The position numbers were made by a program, and so were the translations under genes. 64,000 nucleotides of DNA from NCBI GenBank assembly GCA_964522395.1, contig CAZFVN010000004.1, forward strand, positions 12,430 to 76,429. The letters run 5' to 3'. The DNA comes from an uncultured Myxococcales bacterium (GTDB taxonomy: Bacteria > Myxococcota_A > UBA9042 > CAIXZC01). Numbering within the stretch: the stretch's first letter is position 1; every line of letters begins with the position of its first letter. This document shows positions 9,284 through 19,144 of this stretch, in pieces. The notes beneath the pieces were generated by a model that did not search any database, was not told the origin of the DNA, and worked only from the letters and a program-made list of their open reading frames with translations.

Positions 9284-11168
9284 GCCGCCGCCAACCTATT
9301 AGCGCCAGCAACGTGAGGAGCAACCAGGCTGAGAGAGGGGCCGACCTCGTGGCTGTGGAGCACCCCCCCGCCTTGTCCCCTTCTCCGTCAGAGTCCTCGT
9401 CTTCGGCAACAGGGACGCATTTGCCGTAGCGCTTCTCCTCACCCTCTCCGCACTCATCATTGCCGACCTGCCCGGACCCTGCCGTGTCCTCAAGCACGAT
9501 CCCGTTGCCCGCGCCATCCTTCCCGCCCCACTCAGCGGTATCCTCATCGGACCATACTTCTTGAGAGGAGATCACATCACCATTGTCTGCCGGAGCGATT
9601 ACACAGAGCCCGTTGGTACACGTTTCATCCTCGGAACAAGCGCCGCACGTATCGTCACAGCCGTCGCTACCGCACTGCTGCTCCGCACAGTCTGGTTCAC
9701 AGACACACTGGCCACTGCCGTTGCAGAGGAACCCGGGGACACAATCACCGCAACTCCCGCCGCAGCCATCTGTACCGCACTGCTTACCGGCACAATCGGG
9801 AGCACACTCACAGATCCCCGCCGCGCCACATACAAAACCGGGAGCACAGTTGCCACAACTCCCTCCGCAACCGTCTTCACCACACTGCTTGTCGACGCAA
9901 TCTGGCTGGCAGCCGCAATCAGCATTACACTGCTCCAGAGCTTCAGTTGCGCAGAGATTGTCCCAGGTGTTCTCGCAGCAGAAAGAGTCCATTTCGCAGA
10001 CACACACTTCGACATTCTCATCATCACAGCCAGGAGACCCATTGACGGCACAACAATCGCCGGCGCATGAGCCGCACTCGTCCGCCTCCTGAGCACAGAG
10101 GGAGTCCCAGGCCGTTTCGCAGCAGAAACTGTCCATGGCACAAACGCAGGATTGAACTGCACCATCGTTGCACCCCGGGCCATTATGGGGGAGACAGCAA
10201 CTGCTGTCCGAGGGACAGGGACCGCAGTCCTCTTCGCAACTCTCACAATCTTCGCCGACACCGGCGTCGCACTCACCGTCTCCGCAACACTCGCCACAAT
10301 CAGCAGAGCAATTGCCGCAATCCTCTCCGAGGTTCTCCTCGCAATTGCCATTGCCACAGCAATCGCCACAGTCATTGGGGCAGTTCTGACAGGTCTCATC
10401 CGCCGTACATTCCCCATCACCACAGATGGGGAGAGCCTGGCAATTGCAGCTTTGCGCCGCGGCATTGGCGCAGATTCCATCCCACTGGTTATTGCAGCAG
10501 TAGGGATCATCTGGACAGACATTGGCTTCACAACTCTCATCGTCGCATCCAGGAGTTCCATTGGATGCACAGCAATCGCCTGTGCATGAGCCGCAATCAT
10601 CGGCCTCCGCAGCGCAGAGAGAATCCCACTTGGTTTCACAGCAATATGGGTCCATGGCGCAAACACAGTCTTGCACCGCCCCGTCGTTGCAGCCCTTTCC
10701 GTCATGGGAAATGCAACAACTTCCGTCGACAGGGCAAGCGCCACAATCACCCGGGCAACTCTCACAGGTTTCGTCGCCGTTGCAGGCACCATCCCCGCAC
10801 TCCGGCGGGGCCACGCAACCGCACAGGTCGACGGCCTCGCCAACACAGATCGAATCCCAGGTTACATTGCAGCAGAAACTATCCATGGCACAGACATCGG
10901 CCTCGCAATTCTCATCATCACAGCCCTCTGACCCGTTGGCTGCACAGCAATCCCCAGTGCACCCGCCGCATTGATCGGCTTCACCAGCGCACAAAAAGTC
11001 CCAGCGAACATTGCAGCAATAGGGATCCATTTGGCAGACACATGACTCCACCGCAGCATCATCGCAGCCCACCTCCTGGCTTTCGATGCAGCAGGAATCG
11101 GCTCGGGCGTCACTAACCCAGGACATCACCACCAATATCGCGGTCGAAACCGTCAGTATCTTTCGCAT
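9246..11168 (-). CDS. Cysteine-rich surface protein with MYXO-CTERM-like sorting signal
   Basis: Signal peptide ending ARA, six VCxxDxxCCxxxWDxxC modules, CGDG and CGxDGCG modules, and C-terminal GGCST...AWLLLTLLALIGWRR. Confidence 0.85.
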   Translation of the reverse strand: MRKILTVSTAILVVMSWVSDARADSCCIESQEVGCDDAAVESCVCQMDPYCCNVRWDFLCAGEADQCGGCTGDCCAANGSEGCDDENCEADVCAMDSFCCNVTWDSICVGEAVDLCGCVAPPECGDGACNGDETCESCPGDCGACPVDGSCCISHDGKGCNDGAVQDCVCAMDPYCCETKWDSLCAAEADDCGSCTGDCCASNGTPGCDDESCEANVCPDDPYCCNNQWDGICANAAAQSCNCQALPICGDGECTADETCQNCPNDCGDCCGNGNCEENLGEDCGNCSADCGECCGDGECDAGVGEDCESCEEDCGPCPSDSSCCLPHNGPGCNDGAVQSCVCAMDSFCCETAWDSLCAQEADECGSCAGDCCAVNGSPGCDDENVEVCVCEMDSFCCENTWDNLCATEALEQCNADCGCQPDCVDKQCGEDGCGGSCGNCAPGFVCGAAGICECAPDCAGKQCGTDGCGGSCGDCVPGFLCNGSGQCVCEPDCAEQQCGSDGCDDTCGACSEDETCTNGLCVIAPADNGDVISSQEVWSDEDTAEWGGKDGAGNGIVLEDTAGSGQVGNDECGEGEEKRYGKCVPVAEDEDSDGEGDKAGGCSTATRSAPLSAWLLLTLLALIGWRRLSSCERGARAAD

Positions 11169-11383
11169 CTAAACCCCTACCAATAGACTCGTTGCAGTCC
11201 TTTGCAAGTACGGTCGCCTATCGTACGTTTCTCCCGGCCTCAGATCAAGGGCACGCTGCCCCACGACATAACAGCCTTGCCGAGGCGCGTGACAGCCTTG
11301 CCCCGGTATGTAATTATCTACGGTCGATAGAACAACAACGGTTGAGAACTGAGGTCGCTGCGGCAGGCGGGGTGGAGGCAGTC

Positions 11384-13231
11384 ATGGATTGGAGAGTCGT
11401 TATGTGTGCGGTGCCGTTTCTCCTTACGTGTTGCGACGACCAGAAAGGACAAAGCGAGGATGTCCACCTGGCAGATTTGGCAACCGATTCCGTGACCAAA
11501 TTGGATGTCGGCACGACGGATGGAACCGAACTCCCCTTGACCGTCGACACATTTGACCTGAACAGGGCTTGTGACCCACTCTCCCAGGTCTGTTTCGGCA
11601 ATCAAGTATCCACCTGCCTCCAGGACGGCTCCGGTTACATTCCCTTCGCAGATTGCCCGGGAGAGAAGTTCTGCTACGCCAACAAGTGCTGCCTGCCCGA
11701 TTGCACCTTCCTGCAATGCGGCAGCGACGGATGCGGTGGAAGTTGCGGCACTTGCCCGCCTGAAGATGAATGTGAAGCGGGCAAATGTACGGGGCCTGTT
11801 TGCGTACCCGACTGCACCCTGAAGGTCTGTGGCGACGACGGCTGTGGCACCGCCTGCGGAGAGTGTCCCGAAGGAGAGGAATGTCTCTTCCAATGGTCAC
11901 GCACCGAAGACGAGGATATGGATACCTGCTTCCCGACTTGTGATACCTGGTGCCAACAGATGGATTTCACTTGCGGTGGATACTTCGTGCCCGGCCCCAG
12001 GGAAGAGGAAGGGTGCTACTGCGGCGACTGCCCGGAAGACGAGATCTGCGTCTTTGAAGACGGCGTCCCGATCGATGAAGGGGGAATGGACAGCTACGGA
12101 ATGGCCAGTATGTGCGCGTGTCCGCCGGTGTGCGAGGAGAAGGAATGTGGCAATGACGGCTGTGGAGGGGCTTGCGGCACCTGCCCCGAAGGTTCCGGGT
12201 GCGTGGCTGGGCTCTGCCTGGAAGAGACGGACCCTTGTGTGGAGGCGTGTGCCAACCAGGAATGTGGCAATGGCGGCCTGGCCGATTGTGCTTGCGGGGA
12301 ATGCCCGGCACCAGACGATTGCGAAAACGGCCTTTGCCAATGTGCCCTGGACTGCAGCGGCAAGGATTGTGGCGACGACGGTTGCGGTGGGAGTTGCGGC
12401 AGTTGCACAGCTCCTGCGGTTTGCGGCGGAGGCGGGGGAGCAGGACTCTGCGGCGAGCCGCTGTTGGGCATGGTTGCCGTACCAGCCGGGTCATTCTGGA
12501 TGGGCTGCAATGAAGCGGTCGACGACGAATGCACCAGCGGTGAACATCCCTATCATCAAGTAGAAGTGCCCCCGTTCGAGATAGATATGACAGAAGTCAC
12601 CGTCGGCCAATACGCCAAGTGTGTCGCCGCGGATGCGTGCGACCCTTCAACTGTTGGATCCTCTTACTGGAGTCTCTGCACCTGGGACCTGGAGAATGTC
12701 GATGCTCACCCCATCAACTGCGTGGACTGGTACCAGGCCAAGGCCTACTGCGAGTGGGCCGGCCGGCGTCTGTGCAGCGCCGCTGAGTGGGAAAAAGCGG
12801 CACGGGGAGGATGTGAACTCTATGGCGATTGCGCGGCCGAATCGCCCCACTATCCCTGGGGGCTTGCCGCCGCGTCATGCCTCCTCGCGGTAATGGATGA
12901 CGGTGGTGCTGGCTGCGGCATATGGGGCACCTCTCCGGTTGGAACCAAACCTGCGGGGGCCTCTCCCTACGGTCCCCTGGATATGGCCGGAGGAGTTACT
13001 GAGTGGGTCCGGGACTGCTGGCACATCAACTACTACGAGTCGGAGGAAGGATTCTACGGTCCACCACCCACCGACGGCACCGCCTGGGAAGAGGCTGCTT
13101 GCGCAGATTCGTACAAGACTGTTCGAGGAGGCTCCTGGTACTATTTTGCCCAGCATCTGCGGGTCTCATTCAGGGAAGGCCGAAGCCCAGAGGAGCGAAC
13201 CGCTATGCAGGGTTTCCGCTGCTGTAAATAG
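11384..13231 (+). CDS. Cys-rich repeat lipoprotein with C-terminal SUMF1/FGE-sulfatase (EgtB/PvdO-like) domain
   Basis: ATG after GGAGG and a possible lipobox FLLTC. FGE motifs: VPAGSFWMG, IDMTEVTVGQY, HPINCVDWYQAKAYC, RLCSAAEWEKAARG, YPWG, DMAGGVTEW, RGGSW, GFRCC. Confidence 0.85.
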   Translation: MDWRVVMCAVPFLLTCCDDQKGQSEDVHLADLATDSVTKLDVGTTDGTELPLTVDTFDLNRACDPLSQVCFGNQVSTCLQDGSGYIPFADCPGEKFCYANKCCLPDCTFLQCGSDGCGGSCGTCPPEDECEAGKCTGPVCVPDCTLKVCGDDGCGTACGECPEGEECLFQWSRTEDEDMDTCFPTCDTWCQQMDFTCGGYFVPGPREEEGCYCGDCPEDEICVFEDGVPIDEGGMDSYGMASMCACPPVCEEKECGNDGCGGACGTCPEGSGCVAGLCLEETDPCVEACANQECGNGGLADCACGECPAPDDCENGLCQCALDCSGKDCGDDGCGGSCGSCTAPAVCGGGGGAGLCGEPLLGMVAVPAGSFWMGCNEAVDDECTSGEHPYHQVEVPPFEIDMTEVTVGQYAKCVAADACDPSTVGSSYWSLCTWDLENVDAHPINCVDWYQAKAYCEWAGRRLCSAAEWEKAARGGCELYGDCAAESPHYPWGLAAASCLLAVMDDGGAGCGIWGTSPVGTKPAGASPYGPLDMAGGVTEWVRDCWHINYYESEEGFYGPPPTDGTAWEEAACADSYKTVRGGSWYYFAQHLRVSFREGRSPEERTAMQGFRCCK

Positions 13232-13338
13232 CTCACGTACCTTGCCCCTGTTGCCCCCCCCCGGGGCCATCCGGACGGCCCCGCTCTCTCACCCCCTCAG
13301 ACTCATCAGCATCTCAGTCGCAAGGTGGTTCGGCGCAG

Positions 13339-13367
13339 TTGACAACTTCCACCACGGGACGTAAGAT
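13339..13367 (+). promoter_or_regulatory. Putative sigma70 promoter upstream of the Ig-like lipoprotein operon
   Basis: TTGACA-17 bp-TAAGAT. Confidence 0.55.
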
Positions 13368-13516
13368 ATGTTTTGGGTGTGGCTGATCCGGTTGAGCCAT
13401 GGGGGAAATCCATGAGACGCCCGACCGGACGCGACAAAGACAACCTGATCATTACTTCCCGTCTAGCCGTTCCGGCTACGGGCCCCCCCGCAATTTGCGG
13501 CACAGAGAGAAATTCA

Positions 13517-13546
13517 TTGACGGGTCCACCGTCATGTCAGTAGACT
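13517..13546 (+). promoter_or_regulatory. Second putative sigma70 promoter
   Basis: TTGACG-18 bp-TAGACT, about 60 bp upstream of the ATG, which has a GGAGG RBS. Confidence 0.4.
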
Positions 13547-13604
13547 TTGGAAACCTTTTTGGTTTGGCGACCGTTCACCGGCGTCAAAATGCAGGAGGAA
13601 GCAG

Positions 13605-15797
13605 ATGATGAGTAAGCGAACTTTTGGGTTCTTTCGGGTTCTTTTTTTGGCAGCATTGCTGGCATTTTCGGTAGGTGCTTGCGGTGGTGACGGTGGTGGT
13701 TCCGGCGACCCCGACAACCCTGACAACCCGGGCGGTGACGGCGTTGGCAAATTCCCGGTTATTGAAATTGCCCCCAGCGAGATTTGTGAAAAGGACGGCG
13801 ACAAGCTGACCGGTTGCGACTACGACTTTGACCAGGGTTCCGTAGCCATCGGTGAGCAGGTCAAGCTCACCCTTAGCATCAAGAACTCCGGTGAACGTAG
13901 CCTGAAGATCACCAGCATCGAACTTGAAGATTATGCAGCGGGCGAGGGTGCTGTCGAGAGTAGTCCCGCATTTACGTTGGAACTCCCACCGGCCTTCACC
14001 GATGCCCAGGATGCCGGTGATGACTTTTTCGTGGCCCAGCTCAACCAGGGAACCGACGAGACTCCCGATGAGTTGGCAGCCCGCGTCGTCTTCACCCGGC
14101 CGGCGGACGATATGCCGCGGACCGTGGTCCTGAAGATCAACTCAGATGCGTCTAATATGAAGGACGGTATCGTCACGATCGATCTCAGATCGAACCTCGG
14201 TCACCCGAAGATCCAGGTGAGCCCGGAGTGGGTCGATTTCGCCCAGGTAAGCCTTGGCGAAGAGAACGAGAAGCAGATCAATATTCTCAACACGGGCGCG
14301 GCCGACCTTGAAATTACTGGCTTCTCCCTTGTCGGCAGTGACTTCTACACGCTCCAGGTCCAAGCCACCGATTACCCGGCGGGCGGGGAGACCGTGGACG
14401 TCACCTTCGAAGACTCCATCGTTATCGCCCCCGGCGACACCACCTATTTCCGGGTTCGCTTTACGCCAGCAAACTCTGACCCGGCAAACGCTACATTGGT
14501 AATCTTCTCCAACGACCCGGAGACCGCGCCCCTCACGAAAGATGACCTGGGCGGAACAGAAGTCAGAATCACCGGGAATGAGTCGGTTCCATGCATTGCG
14601 GTGAACCCCTCAAAGGTCAACTTCGGCGGCAAGAAGTACGGTGAACAGGCCGTGGTGCCCCTCGAGATTTCGGCCTGCGGCGACGCTCCACTGGAAATCC
14701 ACGACATCTTCGTCAAAGAGGGGTCATCCCCCGACTTTGATATCGACGTGAGCACGCTGGATCACGAACCAACGGCTGAAATGCCGGTAATCGTGCCCAT
14801 CAGCTCTTCAGCAACTGTCAACGTTATCTTCATTCCCGATGCCCCCAATCCGAAGACCGAAGATGGCTCACTTATCCTCGATACCGGGATGCTGGTCATC
14901 GTCAACAACTCCTTCGAGAAAGAGAAGGAAGTTGAACTCTCGGGAGCTGGCGTTGAGATCGAATGCCCCACCGCCATTGTAAAATGCGCTGACGGCGACG
15001 AAGTGATTCCGCAGACCATTCTCCACCTCTTTGGTGACGAATCCTATGCAGCCAATGGCACTATCCAGAGTTGGGAATGGGATGTGAGTCAGCCGGCCGG
15101 CTCCCAGTCGGTATTCGTGCCATCTTACACCTTCCCCAACCCGACCTTCGAAACCAACGTTGCAGGCGTCTACACCTTCTATCTGACGGTGTACGACCAG
15201 ACCAATACACCTTCCTGCTTCCCCTCGGAATACGAAGTTGTGGTCATCCCCGATGAGGCAATTCACATTGAGCTGCTGTGGCACACCCCAGAGGACCTCG
15301 ACGAAACCGATACCGGCCCGGAGGCCGGCTCCGACCTTGACTTGCACTTCCTCCACCCGTGGGCCGCAGGCCCCGACCTGGACGGCGACGGTGCAGCCGA
15401 CGGTTGGTTCGACATTCCCTTCGACTGCTTCTGGTTCAACGCACATCCCAACTGGGGTAGCTACGATCCCGGCATCAACGACGACCCGGGCCTCGACCGT
15501 GACGACACTGACGGTGCTGGTCCCGAAAATATCAACCTCGACATTCCCGAGAACGTCGTCTATCGAACTGGCGTCCACTACTGGAACGACCACGGCTACG
15601 GTGCCTCCTACGCAACGGTCCGCGTTTACATTTACGCGCAGCTTGTCTTCGAGGTGCAGGATGTGATGCTGGTCGATTCTGATATGTGGGAAGTCTGCAG
15701 CGTAGAATGGCCATCCGGCAAGGTCCAGGTCATTACCGATGATGCCGGCCAGTACAAGATTACCCCTGCTTACCACAACCCCTACTTCTTCCAATAG
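13605..15797 (+). CDS. Lipoprotein with choice-of-anchor D (ASH) Ig-like repeats, PKD-like domain and YfaP/DUF2135-like C-terminal domain
   Basis: Lipobox SVGAC and a Gly/Pro linker. Three repeats of the type DFxxV...IxNxGxxxLxI...F.P...L.I.SN. PKD-like IQSWEW..QPAGS...AGVYTFYLTVYD. C-terminal IELLW...DLDLH...LDRDDTDGAGPENI. Confidence 0.8.
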   Translation: MMSKRTFGFFRVLFLAALLAFSVGACGGDGGGSGDPDNPDNPGGDGVGKFPVIEIAPSEICEKDGDKLTGCDYDFDQGSVAIGEQVKLTLSIKNSGERSLKITSIELEDYAAGEGAVESSPAFTLELPPAFTDAQDAGDDFFVAQLNQGTDETPDELAARVVFTRPADDMPRTVVLKINSDASNMKDGIVTIDLRSNLGHPKIQVSPEWVDFAQVSLGEENEKQINILNTGAADLEITGFSLVGSDFYTLQVQATDYPAGGETVDVTFEDSIVIAPGDTTYFRVRFTPANSDPANATLVIFSNDPETAPLTKDDLGGTEVRITGNESVPCIAVNPSKVNFGGKKYGEQAVVPLEISACGDAPLEIHDIFVKEGSSPDFDIDVSTLDHEPTAEMPVIVPISSSATVNVIFIPDAPNPKTEDGSLILDTGMLVIVNNSFEKEKEVELSGAGVEIECPTAIVKCADGDEVIPQTILHLFGDESYAANGTIQSWEWDVSQPAGSQSVFVPSYTFPNPTFETNVAGVYTFYLTVYDQTNTPSCFPSEYEVVVIPDEAIHIELLWHTPEDLDETDTGPEAGSDLDLHFLHPWAAGPDLDGDGAADGWFDIPFDCFWFNAHPNWGSYDPGINDDPGLDRDDTDGAGPENINLDIPENVVYRTGVHYWNDHGYGASYATVRVYIYAQLVFEVQDVMLVDSDMWEVCSVEWPSGKVQVITDDAGQYKITPAYHNPYFFQ

Positions 15798-15932
15798 ACA
15801 CTGCCGGTCGTACCGCCCGTAAGTTTCTTGCGCGCACCTGTGCGATTCTGTAATATGTGCTCGGTTTGTTTAATGGGACGCGCGCGCGAGCGTCGTCATG
15901 GTGGGTCGGTGATAAGTTTCCGGGAGACATTG

Positions 15933-18900
15933 ATGAACAATTCAAGTCTATCATTCCTCTTCGCTTTCCTTTTCCTTCTGGCCATTGGATGCGGTTCGGA
16001 TTCTGAGGGCAACGGGGGTACCGGAGGGCCTCAGAAGCAGGACTACGCGGAAATCGAGGTACTGCCAGGAGAACTAACATTCGCACCCATGGCGGAAGGT
16101 GGAACTCAGAAACTGACCATCACCATCAAGAACGTCGGCTCCGGTCGAGACCTCAACTTGAATCAGGTCTTTATCAGGGACGAAGGCACTCCCTTCACGG
16201 TTTCAGATCCCGCGCAAAAGACCCTGGCCACGGATGAGTCGACCCCTGTTGCCGTTACCTACGCCGCTCTCGCAGCGGCTCCAGAAGAGACAATGCTGAT
16301 CATCCAAACAAATGCTGCGACCGACCCGATTGTGGAGATACCAATTCGAGTTGGCCAGGCCGTCGAGGGGCTACTCGTGCTCCCGAATCCGGTGAAATTC
16401 GGGGAAGTCCTGAGCGGCGACAGTAAGGTCATCTCGGTATCCATCACCAACACCGGGAGTGCCCAGGCTGAACTGATGAACGTCTTTATTGAGTTGGGAA
16501 GCAGTGATGACTTCTCACTCATCGACCCGCCGAACTTCCCAGTGCAGATTCCGGCTAACGGCAATGCCTTCGTCGACATCAACTACGCACCTACGCTCAG
16601 GGACCTCGATGAAGGATGGCTCGTTATCGCCTTCAAGGACTCGGGTGCACAGGCACTTGAGAAGGTCCATATCGAAGGTCGGGAAGTCGGGCCGGAGATA
16701 AGTGTCTCTCCGCCAAAACTTGACTTCGGTTGGGTGCCCATCCAGAGCGAAGCCATCCTTGAGTTGGCCGTCCACAACATGGGACAACACGACCTCAAGA
16801 TATCCGGGGTCTATACCGCCCCCGGAACCAACGAAGATGTGAGTGTCAATAACGCACCAAACGGAACGCTGGAGGTTGCCCCCGGGGAAAACACCACCTT
16901 TGACATCAGCTTCAATCCCACTTCCTTCTTCGTCACCACTTCTGCCCCCATTGGCAGCATCGTCGTCGAAACCAATGATGGCGATGAAGCTATTGTCACA
17001 ATCCCGGTGTACGCCAACATCGACGCCCCCTTCATCCGCCTCGACGCCCCCAACAAGGTCGACTTTGGCATCGTCGCCCAGGGCTGGACCATCGAACGGA
17101 CATTGGTGCTGCAAAATGTCGGACACGCTCCCCTGACCGTGGACCAGCTTGAAATTGTCAACAATACTGCCGACCTTGAGTTTGCGATTGTCGAGGATGC
17201 CGCGTTCCCACCAACTTCTGGCAGCGGCGAAGGTTCCCTCGTGGCCGACGAGCAGGTCGAGGTGACGCTATCGTTCACCAACGACGGCGGGCCTACCGGG
17301 CTGGAACTGGGCAAACTCCTGGTCCATAGCAATGACCCCGTGACTCCCGATGCATTCGTAGAGTTGTCGGCCACCAGAGGGGGTTCTCCGAAGTGCGAGA
17401 TCGGCTTTGTGCCTGCCAAACTGAATTTCGGCATCGTCGCCCACGGTTCCACCGACTCAAAGCAGATCTTCATCAAGAATACCGGTTCCGGTTACTGCTC
17501 GTGGAAATCGGGAGTAATCAGGGAATGTGGTGGCTTCTTCGGAATGATGACCAATTGCTCAGACACTGGTGGCCTTTCCAGCGAGTTTATTCCGCAGGGT
17601 ATGCCGTTTCCCATGATGGACGGCATCGCACCCGGCACAGGACACCCCATCCAGATTCTCTACAAGCCGCCAACCTCGGTTCCCTTCATCCCGCTTTTTG
17701 AAGAGTACTACGGTGCCCTGCAAATCCAGTACACAGAACCATACACCGAGCCAGGAGTCTACTCGGAACACAGTTTTCCCGAGGCGAACCAGGGAAGTCT
17801 TTCGTGGAACATCCATGGCACCTCCGGAGTTGCTGACATCGCGGTCCTGCCGGACAAGGTCAACTTCGGCCTGGTCACAATTGGCTGTTACTCCAAGGCC
17901 TTCAAAATCAAGGTTTACAATGCGGGCACCGCACCGCTTGACGTGACGGACATCTACACCGACGGCTGCGGCCCCGAATTCCAGGTTATCGACTTCCCGG
18001 CACTGCCACTCAAAGTTCAGCCCTCCGGTTTTGAGGAGTTGTGTATCGTCTACCTGCCCCAAAACGAAGGCGTGGATGAGTGCAAACTCATCGTGGAATC
18101 ATCTGACCTCGACACTCCTGTCTTCCCGGTCCCCCTGCGAGGCGAGGGGACATGGGACACTGAAAACACGGACTACTTCACTCAGATATCGGGCAAGAAG
18201 GTGGACCTCCTCTTCGTTATCGACGAGTCGGGTTCCATGTGTGGTGAGCAAGATAATCTGGCTGACAACTTCAACAACCTGACTGACATCGCCAAAACCT
18301 GGGACAACGACATCCAGATTGCCATCACCACCACCAACGTCACCGACGAAGAGCACATCGGCAAGTTTTCCGGGGAACCGAGAATCATGGACAAGACGAC
18401 CGTCTCGTCCTTTGGTGGAAACGTTACGGACATTGGATGCAATGGCTCCGGGACCCAGGAATCCGGGTTGGAAGGAGCGCGGCGAGCCATCACCGCTCCC
18501 CTGGCTACCGATACCGGCATTGCCTGCAGCGGCGACGGAGAATGCGTCGACGGAAACCTGTGCGTGAAGGGGATCTGCGGGGGATACAATAGAGGCTTCT
18601 TACGAGCCGACGCAGCCCTTGAAATCATCATGGTCTCGGATGAAGAAGACCAATCTCCCGGCTCCGTGCCCTTCTACATTGACTTCTTCAAGTCGATCAA
18701 GGGCTTCCTTAACGAAGATATGATGCACGTTCACGCCATCGTCGGAGATAAGCCCAGCGGCTGCGGGACCAATGATGATGGGGCTGACGCGGGTGACCGC
18801 TATATCGCAGTCCAGGAAGCCACCGGCGGAGCATTCGGCAGTATCTGCCTCGATTTTGCCAACGTCCTCAAGGACATCGGCAACAAGGCTTTTGGACTCC

Positions 18901-19130
18901 AGAAGCAGTTCTTCCTGTCAGCCCAGGCTGACAGCTCCCCTGGCAGCATTAAAGTTTGGGTCGATTCCGGGGAAGGATTCCTAGAATGCACCGATGGCTG
19001 GGAGTATCAAGACGACACCAACAGCGTAGTCTTTGACCCGGCCGGAGGTTGCATGCCCCAGCCCACAGATGAAATCAAGATATGGTACAAGATGGTTTGC
19101 AACAACGAGAATACCGTCTCCTGCAACTAG
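15933..19130 (+). CDS. Lipoprotein with about six choice-of-anchor D (ASH) repeats and a C-terminal VWA domain (CglB-like)
   Basis: Lipobox LAIGC and repeated P..L/V.FG.V...I.N.G...L units. VWA MIDAS in VDLLFVIDESGSM, plus GFLRADAALEIIMVSDEED. Confidence 0.85.
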   Translation: MNNSSLSFLFAFLFLLAIGCGSDSEGNGGTGGPQKQDYAEIEVLPGELTFAPMAEGGTQKLTITIKNVGSGRDLNLNQVFIRDEGTPFTVSDPAQKTLATDESTPVAVTYAALAAAPEETMLIIQTNAATDPIVEIPIRVGQAVEGLLVLPNPVKFGEVLSGDSKVISVSITNTGSAQAELMNVFIELGSSDDFSLIDPPNFPVQIPANGNAFVDINYAPTLRDLDEGWLVIAFKDSGAQALEKVHIEGREVGPEISVSPPKLDFGWVPIQSEAILELAVHNMGQHDLKISGVYTAPGTNEDVSVNNAPNGTLEVAPGENTTFDISFNPTSFFVTTSAPIGSIVVETNDGDEAIVTIPVYANIDAPFIRLDAPNKVDFGIVAQGWTIERTLVLQNVGHAPLTVDQLEIVNNTADLEFAIVEDAAFPPTSGSGEGSLVADEQVEVTLSFTNDGGPTGLELGKLLVHSNDPVTPDAFVELSATRGGSPKCEIGFVPAKLNFGIVAHGSTDSKQIFIKNTGSGYCSWKSGVIRECGGFFGMMTNCSDTGGLSSEFIPQGMPFPMMDGIAPGTGHPIQILYKPPTSVPFIPLFEEYYGALQIQYTEPYTEPGVYSEHSFPEANQGSLSWNIHGTSGVADIAVLPDKVNFGLVTIGCYSKAFKIKVYNAGTAPLDVTDIYTDGCGPEFQVIDFPALPLKVQPSGFEELCIVYLPQNEGVDECKLIVESSDLDTPVFPVPLRGEGTWDTENTDYFTQISGKKVDLLFVIDESGSMCGEQDNLADNFNNLTDIAKTWDNDIQIAITTTNVTDEEHIGKFSGEPRIMDKTTVSSFGGNVTDIGCNGSGTQESGLEGARRAITAPLATDTGIACSGDGECVDGNLCVKGICGGYNRGFLRADAALEIIMVSDEEDQSPGSVPFYIDFFKSIKGFLNEDMMHVHAIVGDKPSGCGTNDDGADAGDRYIAVQEATGGAFGSICLDFANVLKDIGNKAFGLQKQFFLSAQADSSPGSIKVWVDSGEGFLECTDGWEYQDDTNSVVFDPAGGCMPQPTDEIKIWYKMVCNNENTVSCN

Positions 19131-19144
19131 AACAAGGAGTGACG

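Noticed and set aside
1-13231. Cys-rich proteins as multiheme cytochromes, ferredoxins or metallothioneins
   Set aside because: CxxC motifs are not followed by His, ferredoxin spacing is absent, and export or anchor signals point to disulfide-bonded extracellular modules.
7092-13231. Selenoneine, ergothioneine or arsenosugar biosynthetic cluster (GTs plus FGE-domain gene)
   Set aside because: The FGE protein lacks a DinB/EgtB domain and looks exported. No selD, methyltransferase or radical SAM gene is nearby.
13100-13300. Diversity-generating retroelement target (FGE/CLec C-terminus followed by a GC-rich hairpin)
   Set aside because: No reverse transcriptase, avd or template repeat was seen in the window. 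Codons in the would-be variable region often end in A or G (GAA, CGA, GAG, ATG, CAG), unlike AAY-derived positions. A remote DGR cannot be fully excluded.
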